Below are positions 17,095 to 24,665 of a stretch of 30,629 nt of DNA, piece after piece (within the stretch, counting starts at the first letter, position 1; each line of letters begins with the position of its first letter). The DNA is from Acidimicrobiales bacterium (lineage in GTDB: Bacteria; Actinomycetota; Acidimicrobiia; Acidimicrobiales; UBA8592): NCBI GenBank assembly GCA_051011515.1, contig JBPCTU010000127.1, forward strand, positions 1-30,629, in the 5' to 3' direction. The notes beneath the pieces were generated by a model, which saw nothing but the letters and a program-made list of their open reading frames with translations, had not been told where the DNA came from and did no database searches. Position numbers and translations under genes: made by a program.

Positions 17095-17925
17095 GTGCAA
17101 ATGAGACGACGCATCATCGCGCTGGTTGCAGCCCTGGTGCTTGCTGGAGTGGGTACGTTCGTGCTTGTTGGGTTCGTACGCGGTGCCGAGGACCGGGCTA
17201 CTGCCGGTCAAGAACTCGTCACCGTGTATGTGGTCAACACCGAGATTCCCCAAGGCACCGAAGGTGAAGCAGTAGGAGCGTTCGTTATTGCCGAAGAACG
17301 CCCTGCCAACACCCGGCCAGGCAATGCGATCACCGATACAACCACCTTGGACGGCCTGGTGGCCAACGCCGCCATCTTCCCTGGCGAGATTCTCCTCGAC
17401 AGCCGTTGGGTCCTCCCGACCGAGGCCGACCTGAGGCGGGACGATCTACCGACTCGCAGGGTCGAAGTCCCGTCTGGTCATCTGGAGATCCCGATTCGTT
17501 TTGCGACCGAGCAGGCTCTTGGGGGCATCATCGATGCCGGAGACATGGTCGCAGTGGTCGCTTCCTTCGACGCGTATGCGCCCGAGGGTGCCGACATCGT
17601 CGAAATCGATGGTGATCTGGTTGCGCTTCCAGAGTCAACCGAGGAAGAAGGGGCCCAGGAGGTCCAGGCAACCCACATCATCATTCACGATGCCCTTGTT
17701 GTCGAAGTCCAGGCCGAGAACAACCCGACCTTCGCGACCGACGACGGGGAAGCAGTACTGGCGCCCCAAACGAGCTTCATCATCACGTTTGCTCTGGAGC
17801 CGTCCGATGTCGAACGCATCGTCTTCGCTGCCAGCTACGGCAGGCTTTGGCTTGCCAGCCAGACGCCCGATGACACCGGCCCGACCAGCATCGTCACCAT
17901 CGACGACATCTTTCAAGGTTCCTGA
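17095..17925 (+). CDS. cpaB: Flp pilus assembly protein CpaB/RcpC
   Basis: N-terminal TM 'IIALVAALVLAGVGTFVLV'; SAF-like 'VYVVNTEIPQGT...LVANAAIFPGEIL'; 'GGIIDAGDMVAVV'; 'ITFALEPSDVERIVFA...LWL'. The start may be ATG 17101. Confidence 0.88.
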   Translation: MQMRRRIIALVAALVLAGVGTFVLVGFVRGAEDRATAGQELVTVYVVNTEIPQGTEGEAVGAFVIAEERPANTRPGNAITDTTTLDGLVANAAIFPGEILLDSRWVLPTEADLRRDDLPTRRVEVPSGHLEIPIRFATEQALGGIIDAGDMVAVVASFDAYAPEGADIVEIDGDLVALPESTEEEGAQEVQATHIIIHDALVVEVQAENNPTFATDDGEAVLAPQTSFIITFALEPSDVERIVFAASYGRLWLASQTPDDTGPTSIVTIDDIFQGS

Positions 17926-17931
17926 TCTGCG

Positions 17932-19116
17932 ATGATCCTGCTCCTCACGCCCGAAGAGAGCTTCGTCCCGTTCCTACAAGGACTCGTGGGCGACACCGTT
18001 GACATCTCGCGCCAGTGGGACGAGACATGGAAAGAGGCCCAGGCCATCGAGGTGGTTCGGGCTACCAGCTCGCCTGCGCCTGATGTCGTCATCATCGGGC
18101 CGAGTGTGCCCGAAGCCGTGGCTCTCGAATGGGCGGGTGCATTCGACAGAGAACACCCCGACGTTGGCACGCTGATCATTGCCCCGGCTACTCCCGATCT
18201 CCTGATGGGTGCCATGAGGCTTGGTGTCCGTGAGGTTGTTCCCCCGAATGCTTCCGGAGACCAGATTCGAGAAGCCGTTGAACGACTCTTGACCGCTGCC
18301 AGCCGTCTGAAGTCTTCACGCCCGGTCGGAGAAACTTTGGTCAGGAGCAACCGCGTCATCACGGTGCTCTCAGCCAAAGGCGGCAGCGGCAAGACCGTGG
18401 TCGCCACAAACCTTGCGCTCGGGCTCAACGACCACGCACCAGGTGAGGTCGTTCTGGTCGACCTCGACATCCAGTTCGGGGACTGCGGTTCCACGATGAA
18501 CCTGGAACCTGAGCAGACTCTGGCTGATGCCGCATTGAATGCGTCGGTCCTGGACGCCACGACACTCAAGGTGTTCCTCACACCTCACCCGTCGGGGCTG
18601 TTCCTCCTGGGTCCACCGCAGTCGCTCGTCGATGCCGCCGAGGTCACCGCCCAACAGATCAAATCGATCTTGGACCTGCTCGTCGGCATCTTCGAATATG
18701 TGGTCATCGACACCTCTTCGGGCATCGATGACCATGCCATCACGGCCATGGAATTCTCGACAGACCTGCTGCTGGTCAGTTCGTCAGAGGTGCCGAGTGT
18801 CCGGGCCATGCGCCGTCAGGTGGAGACGCTCGACACCATTGGCATGACCCGCCAGGACCGCCACTTTGTTGTGAACCGGGCCGGCACCCGAGTCGGCCTC
18901 CGCACCAGCGACATCGAACAGACCGTTGGTATGGAGGCATCGATCGAGATCCCGAGCTCGCGCCAAGTGGTCATCTCTACGAATCAGGGCCAGCCAATTG
19001 TGGTCTCGGCCCCGAAGGATCCAGCCGCAAGAGCGATGAAGGAAATGGTCGACATGTTCCGGCCCACGGATGCTGACGATGCCCCGAACAAGCGGGCTCG
19101 AAAGGGGAAGCGATGA
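17932..19116 (+). CDS. cpaE: CpaE/TadZ: pseudo-receiver domain plus MinD/ParA-type ATPase
   Basis: Deviant Walker A KGGSGKT, 'LVDLDIQFGD', 'YVVIDT'. The N-terminal receiver-like region 'PDVVIIG...LLMGAMRLGVREVV' appears to lack the phospho-acceptor Asp. Confidence 0.9.
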   Translation: MILLLTPEESFVPFLQGLVGDTVDISRQWDETWKEAQAIEVVRATSSPAPDVVIIGPSVPEAVALEWAGAFDREHPDVGTLIIAPATPDLLMGAMRLGVREVVPPNASGDQIREAVERLLTAASRLKSSRPVGETLVRSNRVITVLSAKGGSGKTVVATNLALGLNDHAPGEVVLVDLDIQFGDCGSTMNLEPEQTLADAALNASVLDATTLKVFLTPHPSGLFLLGPPQSLVDAAEVTAQQIKSILDLLVGIFEYVVIDTSSGIDDHAITAMEFSTDLLLVSSSEVPSVRAMRRQVETLDTIGMTRQDRHFVVNRAGTRVGLRTSDIEQTVGMEASIEIPSSRQVVISTNQGQPIVVSAPKDPAARAMKEMVDMFRPTDADDAPNKRARKGKR

Positions 19117-20525
19117 AGCTCGGCGCCATGCTCCGCCAAGCCGGAGAAGACGGAAACCTCCCGCCTCAAGAAATCGAGGAGGAGCCCGAGAGCCCAGAAC
19201 CCCTGGCCGAGGAGGAGTCGGTTCAGCGTGCGTTGGACCCACTCCAGATTCTCAAGACGAGGGCTCAGGAACAACTCTTCAGGCGCTTGGGATCTCGTTT
19301 GTACGACTCTTCGATGAGTCAGGACCAGCTGCAGGCGATGGTTGCTCAAGAGCTCGACGAGGCGATCAAGCAAGAGTCGATCCCGCTGAGTCAAACCGAA
19401 CGTCAGCGCTTGGTGACCGCCGTCAAGGACGACATCTTGGGTTATGGCCCGATGGAGCAGTTCCTGGCCGATGAAGCGGTTTCCGAAGTCATGGTCAACG
19501 GGGACGATGCCATCTACATAGAGCGTGCCGGCCGACTCGAGCTGACCGACGCGCGGTTCGTCTCCAACGACCATCTTCGGCGGGTCATAGAACGGATCGT
19601 CTCCAAGGTCGGTCGTCGTATCGATGAATCGTCTCCCATGTGTGATGCCCGCTTGCCCGATGGCTCCCGTGTGAACGCGATCATTCCGCCGCTCGCCGTC
19701 AGGGGCCCAGCACTCACCATTCGTAAATTCGCCAAGAAGAAGCTCGACGTCCAAGATCTGGTCGAGAAAGGCGCGTTCACCCAACAGACCGCGGACTTCC
19801 TGGAGGCCTGCGTACTGGGCCGACTTAACGTTCTGGTCTCCGGTGGTACTGGTACCGGTAAGACGACGATGCTCAACCTGTTGTCCGGATTCATCCCCGA
19901 CGACGAGCGAATCGTGACTATCGAGGACTCGGTCGAACTTCAGCTCCGCCAGCGCCACGTCGTCACGCTAGAAACCCGCCCGCCGAACGTCGAGGGCAAG
20001 GGTGCGGTCGAAATCCGCGACCTGGTCAAGAACTCGCTACGCATGCGGCCGGACCGCATCGTCGTCGGTGAGTGCCGTGGCGGCGAGACGCTGGACATGC
20101 TCCAGGCCATGAACACGGGCCACGAGGGTTCGCTCTCCACGGTTCACGCCAACAACGCTCGTGACACGCTGTCGCGTGTCGAGACGATGGTATTGATGGC
20201 CGGCATGGATCTCCCGGTCCGAGCAATTCGCGAGCAGATCGCATCCGCTGTCGACATGATCGTGCAGCTGTCCCGGCTGCGAGACGGTAGCCGCCGCGTG
20301 ACTCAGGTAACAGAGATCGTTGGTATGGAGGGCGAGCGGATCACCATGGCCGACCTCTTCAAGTTCGATTTCTCGGCCGGGTTCACTGCCGACGGGAAGT
20401 TCGCAGGTGGACTCCAGGCAACGGGTATTCGACCAATGTTCACCGAGCGGTTGCAGGATCACGGCATCGAGCTCCCTGCGGAGCTCTTCGCCGGACCGAA
20501 CCCCGCGCTGCCCAACCGGCGCTGA
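19113..20525 (+). CDS. cpaF: Tad pilus motor ATPase CpaF/TadA
   Basis: [84 protein letters not shown] overlap with cpaE. Confidence 0.97.
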   Translation: MKLGAMLRQAGEDGNLPPQEIEEEPESPEPLAEEESVQRALDPLQILKTRAQEQLFRRLGSRLYDSSMSQDQLQAMVAQELDEAIKQESIPLSQTERQRLVTAVKDDILGYGPMEQFLADEAVSEVMVNGDDAIYIERAGRLELTDARFVSNDHLRRVIERIVSKVGRRIDESSPMCDARLPDGSRVNAIIPPLAVRGPALTIRKFAKKKLDVQDLVEKGAFTQQTADFLEACVLGRLNVLVSGGTGTGKTTMLNLLSGFIPDDERIVTIEDSVELQLRQRHVVTLETRPPNVEGKGAVEIRDLVKNSLRMRPDRIVVGECRGGETLDMLQAMNTGHEGSLSTVHANNARDTLSRVETMVLMAGMDLPVRAIREQIASAVDMIVQLSRLRDGSRRVTQVTEIVGMEGERITMADLFKFDFSAGFTADGKFAGGLQATGIRPMFTERLQDHGIELPAELFAGPNPALPNRR

Positions 20526-20536
20526 CTCGAGCGCTC

Positions 20537-22636
20537 GTGACCGCCCGCCATACGCCACGACTGGTCGAAGGACTCTTCGCCACGCTCTTGGGCCTGCTGT
20601 TGCTGGCCCTGCTCGTGGCACCCGCGCGCGCTCAGGAGGAGGTCCCCGAACCAGTTGGCGACCCCGTGGTCGAGGATGAATTGGGACCCCCAGTTGGCGA
20701 TGAACCAGCCGATGAATCAGTCGAGAGCGAAACGTCGGGTCCGGTAATTCGTGAGATCGTCGACGACGGCGACCGGGCCGTCCAGATCCTGTCGGTCGAC
20801 GACACAGATCGGCCGCTGGTCGACGTGATTCTCGCGGTACCTCCGGTACTGGCCGGCGACCTCTCGGCGCGGTCGTTCGCCATGACGGAGAACGGTTCGC
20901 TCAGAGAGATCTCCGTTGCGAAGCTCCGCGACACCCTTGAGGTTGTCGTGGTCATCGACACATCGGGGAGCATGAGCGGCGAGCCAATCGACAACGCCAA
21001 AACTGCAGCCAAGAGCTTCGTAGACCAACTCGATGACGAGACCAGGGTCGCGGTGGTCGGGTTCGGCGCCACCGCCTCGGTGAGCGCAGACCTGGATTCC
21101 AGCCGGGCCGAGGTCGATGCCGCAATCGACGGGCTCCAGGCGGGTGGCGAAACAGCCCTCTATGACGGACTGGTGTTGGCCTCTTCGCAGTTCCAGGATC
21201 CTGAAGCCAGGCGATTCGTTGTTGTGCTCTCCGACGGCACCGACACAGTGAGCAGTTCAACGCTCGACGACACGTCTCAGGCGTTCATGACCCAGGAGAT
21301 CAGCCTCTACGCCATCACCCTTCAGAGCGAAGACGCCGATTTCAGCGGACTCCAAACGCTGGCGCGGGGTGTGAACGGTCAGGTGGTATCAGCCGCCGAC
21401 GCCGAGTCGCTCCGGGCGACGTACGCATCCGTTGCGAGCCGGCTCACCAATCAATACCTGCTTCGTTACCGGTCCGGGGTCGAGGGCGAAGCCCAGATCG
21501 TAATCTCGGTTGACTCGGCCGGCGTCCTCGCGATTGCCAAGGACACGGTGGACATCGGAGCTCCTGTCGGCGATCAGGCGACCGAGGATGGAACCGGCAC
21601 TGTTGGAGGTTCCTCTGCACGCGTCAACATCGACACGTCCAGCCCGCTGATCTCGGTGGTCCCGACCGACGACTCGTTGCTCAACTCCGAGAATGCGGTC
21701 TACATCGGTGCGGCCGGCATATTCGTCAGCCTCCTGGTGGCACTGGCAGTCGCGCTCACAGCTGAACCAGAAGGTCCGTCGGCCTTCGAGAGACTCAACT
21801 TCAAACCGAGCAAGGGCACGACCCCGAGGTCGGGCCTGGCCGCGATCGCCGATCGTGCGAGTGGTGTCGCCGACCGAATCCTCGAAAAGCAGCAGCGTCG
21901 CGGCGCGCTCGATGCCGCGCTTGAACAAGCCGGAATGGACATGCGTCCCGGCGAATACATCATGACCGCGGCTGGCGCAGCGCTTGCCATGGGGGCATTT
22001 GGCTTCGTGATGCAGGGCCCTCTGGGCGGACTTGTCATGTTCGGTGCCGGTGTCCTCGGCGGAAAGATGTTCGTCAATTTCAAGGCGAAGCAACGGCAAC
22101 GCGCCTTCGCAAACCAATTGGGGGACACCCTCCTAATGATCGCCGGGAGCATCCGCGCCGGCCACGGAGTCGTCGAAGCCATTGACACGGTCGCCGCCCA
22201 GGCCGAAGCCCCAACGGGTGAGGAGTTCACTCGAGCCGTAGCCGAAGCTCGGATCGGCCGCGACATGGTCGATTCTCTGTACGACATTGCCGAGCGCACC
22301 AACTCGGAGGACTTCATCTGGGTGGTGAGGGCCATCTCTATAAACCGCGAACTAGGCGGGGATCTGGCAGAGATCCTGGACAACGTCGGCGAGACGATCC
22401 GAGATCGCAATCGCCTCCGTGATCAGGTCAAGGCTCTGAGTGCCGAAGGAAAGGTCTCAGCCTTCATCTTGTTCGGTTTGCCGATCCTGGTGGCGATCTG
22501 GGTTCAAATCTCCAATCCGGAGTACATGGACGCGATGACTGGTGAAACCGCCGGGAAAGTCGTGTTCGGTTTTGCCGTGTTCGCACTGGTTGCCGGCGGG
22601 GTCTGGTTGAAGAAGCTCGTGAAGGTGGACTTCTAG
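20537..22636 (+). CDS. tadB: vWA domain-TadB fusion protein (T2SS-F family)
   Basis: Signal peptide (ARA|Q); vWA MIDAS DTSGSMS, GETALYD, LSDGTD; TM near residue 390; C-terminal TadB 'FANQLGDTL..IAGSIRAGH', 'INRELGGDLAEILDNV.ETIRDR..LR.QVKALSAEG'. Confidence 0.9.
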   Translation: MTARHTPRLVEGLFATLLGLLLLALLVAPARAQEEVPEPVGDPVVEDELGPPVGDEPADESVESETSGPVIREIVDDGDRAVQILSVDDTDRPLVDVILAVPPVLAGDLSARSFAMTENGSLREISVAKLRDTLEVVVVIDTSGSMSGEPIDNAKTAAKSFVDQLDDETRVAVVGFGATASVSADLDSSRAEVDAAIDGLQAGGETALYDGLVLASSQFQDPEARRFVVVLSDGTDTVSSSTLDDTSQAFMTQEISLYAITLQSEDADFSGLQTLARGVNGQVVSAADAESLRATYASVASRLTNQYLLRYRSGVEGEAQIVISVDSAGVLAIAKDTVDIGAPVGDQATEDGTGTVGGSSARVNIDTSSPLISVVPTDDSLLNSENAVYIGAAGIFVSLLVALAVALTAEPEGPSAFERLNFKPSKGTTPRSGLAAIADRASGVADRILEKQQRRGALDAALEQAGMDMRPGEYIMTAAGAALAMGAFGFVMQGPLGGLVMFGAGVLGGKMFVNFKAKQRQRAFANQLGDTLLMIAGSIRAGHGVVEAIDTVAAQAEAPTGEEFTRAVAEARIGRDMVDSLYDIAERTNSEDFIWVVRAISINRELGGDLAEILDNVGETIRDRNRLRDQVKALSAEGKVSAFILFGLPILVAIWVQISNPEYMDAMTGETAGKVVFGFAVFALVAGGVWLKKLVKVDF

Positions 22637-23547
22637 TGCCTGTAGAGATCTACCTTGCCTGTGCTGCGGTAGCTGTTGCCTTGCCTCTGATCGCCTACGC
22701 CGCGGGCGCCGGGGAGAGACTCGCCGAGGGCTCGTCAGGTATCAGCGCTGCCAAGCCGAATAGCGCCAATCTTCGAGATCTCCGTCTTCAGCAGCGTGCG
22801 AGTGACCGCGTGCTTGCACCGATGATGGACGTGGTCGCCGGGAAGGCCCGTCGTTTCACGCCGATGGGTGCTATTGACGCGATGGAGAAGAAGATCAACA
22901 TGGCCGGCGTCACGGCAACTTGGACGGTTGAAAGACTGCTGGCAACCAAGATGCTCCTCGGCGTGATCGGCACTGGCCTGGGAATCTTCATCCTTTCGCA
23001 GGGCGTGAGTCCCCGGAACCTCGTGACGGCGATCTTGCTCGCTGCCGGTGGGTACATAGCACCGGATATGAGCCTTGACCGCCGCGCCAAGGATCGGGCC
23101 AAGATGATCGAGAAGGAACTGCCCGACATCCTCGACCAGATGACGATTGGAGTTGAGGCCGGTCTTGGTTTCGATGCTGCCCTCGTTCGAGTCGCACAGG
23201 AGAACGAAGGGCCGGTTGCCGAGGAGTTCGGCCGCATGATGCAAGATCGCCAGTTGGGCATGTCGCGTGAAGACGCGTTTGGTCGTGTCGCCGCTCGCGC
23301 CGGTTCGCCCGATCTGAAAGGTTTCGTTCTAGCCCTGACCCAAGCCGACAAACACGGTATGCCACTCGCAACCGTGCTTCGGGTGCAGGCAGATGAGATG
23401 AGACAGAAGCGGCGCGTCAGAGCCGAGGAGAAGGCGCTGTCGCTGCCCGTGAAGATGGTGCTGCCACTCGTGGTCTGCATCCTGCCGGCCCTGTTCACCG
23501 TGATTCTCGGCCCAGCCGTATTCCGAATGCGAGGAGAAGGATTTTGA
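22636..23547 (+). CDS. tadC: Tad pilus inner-membrane platform protein TadC
   Basis: 'ELPDILDQMTIGVEAGLGFDAAL', 'QADKHGMPLATVLRVQADEMR.KRR.RAEEKA..LPVKMVLPLV.CILP'. 1-nt overlap with the tadB stop. Confidence 0.95.
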   Translation: MPVEIYLACAAVAVALPLIAYAAGAGERLAEGSSGISAAKPNSANLRDLRLQQRASDRVLAPMMDVVAGKARRFTPMGAIDAMEKKINMAGVTATWTVERLLATKMLLGVIGTGLGIFILSQGVSPRNLVTAILLAAGGYIAPDMSLDRRAKDRAKMIEKELPDILDQMTIGVEAGLGFDAALVRVAQENEGPVAEEFGRMMQDRQLGMSREDAFGRVAARAGSPDLKGFVLALTQADKHGMPLATVLRVQADEMRQKRRVRAEEKALSLPVKMVLPLVVCILPALFTVILGPAVFRMRGEGF

Positions 23548-24587
23548 GCACTCAAACTCAACCAGCGGCGGCTGGCAATGTGCCTGCCGACGCGATGGAG
23601 AACTTCGTCAGTCCGAAGCCTCGTACAGCTCGCGATGTGATGGCGGGCATAATCCATCGATCGACACCCGACCCTGGAATGGACCGGCGGCTGACCACTG
23701 GCTTCCACCCTCTCGACAGCGTCTTGGACGGGGGATTCTCTCCCCAGGACCTGGTCTTGTTGGGTGGCAAACCCGGTGTCGGGAAGACAATCGCCATGGT
23801 CCAATGGGCCCGCAACATGGCACAACAAGGGGCCCGTGTCGTATTCGCGAGCTACGAACTCAGCGAGCGCAACCTTCTCGGGCGGCTACTCAGCGCCGAG
23901 GTGTGTGCTCGACACAAAGACCTCGACAGCACGGCCAAACATCGGCTCAAGATGATCATCCTCGACAGCATCAAAGCGGGTGCGGTCGCCGAGGATCAAG
24001 ACGTCCGAGGTGTCATCCGCGAGGCGTATGACGCCATCGACGAGTACGCCGACCGCCTGCTCCTACAGCGGGTGTCCGGCTACCACACCGGTCCGAGTGA
24101 GCTCAACGATCTTGCTGCCGAGTGGGTTGGTCCCGGCGGGGCGCTTTTCGTCGACTATCTGCAGAAAGTGCCGGTCCGGGGAGCCAAGGACGACAGCGAG
24201 CGGGTCCTTACGGTCGCCGAGAGCCTCAAGGAGACGGCGATGACCCACGACGTGTGCGTCGTCGCCGCCGCGGCCGTGAATGCCGAGGGTTTGGGACAGC
24301 GGAGACTGCGGCTCGAACACATGCGGGGTAGTGCTCTCCTGGCTCATGAGGTCGACCTGGCCATCGCCATGAACGAGAAGAGCACCGCACTGTCGAAGAG
24401 TCACCTCGCCTACGACCCGCACCTGCTGGAGGCGTCGAAGAACCAGATCGTCTTCTCGATCGAGAAGAACCGAGAAGGTCCGGCGAACGTTCACCTCGAA
24501 TTCGACAAGGAGTTCGAGGACTACCGGTTCAATCCGGCGGGCGGATTCGTAGCCCAGCGGCTCACCGACGATACGTTCGAAGAGTAG
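23544..24587 (+). CDS. Stand-alone DnaB-like (RecA-fold) ATPase domain protein
   Basis: 'LTTGFHPLD', Walker A GGKPGVGKT, 'ASYEL', 'FVDYLQ', 'LEHMRGS', 'KNREGP'; only about 50 aa precede the motor domain. TTG start overlaps the tadC stop (TTGA), with GAGGAG upstream. Confidence 0.8.
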   Translation: MSTQTQPAAAGNVPADAMENFVSPKPRTARDVMAGIIHRSTPDPGMDRRLTTGFHPLDSVLDGGFSPQDLVLLGGKPGVGKTIAMVQWARNMAQQGARVVFASYELSERNLLGRLLSAEVCARHKDLDSTAKHRLKMIILDSIKAGAVAEDQDVRGVIREAYDAIDEYADRLLLQRVSGYHTGPSELNDLAAEWVGPGGALFVDYLQKVPVRGAKDDSERVLTVAESLKETAMTHDVCVVAAAAVNAEGLGQRRLRLEHMRGSALLAHEVDLAIAMNEKSTALSKSHLAYDPHLLEASKNQIVFSIEKNREGPANVHLEFDKEFEDYRFNPAGGFVAQRLTDDTFEE

Positions 24588-24612
24588 GAAACGAACAAGC
24601 TCACACAGATCT

Positions 24613-24650
24613 CGAGGGTGGGATCCCCGGGCGGGGTGATCCCACCCTCG
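24613..24650. terminator. Terminator hairpin between the convergent tad operon and ABC permease
   Basis: CGAGGGTGGGATC / GATCCCACCCTCG perfect 13-bp stem, followed on the + strand by GTCTGTTTTC. Confidence 0.75.
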
Positions 24651-24665
24651 GTCTGTTTTCGGGGC

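Noticed and set aside
23544-24587. Replicative DnaB or a prophage replication module
   Set aside because: It lacks the N-terminal domain and the conserved Gln, is only 347 aa, and has no primase, integrase or phage genes nearby.
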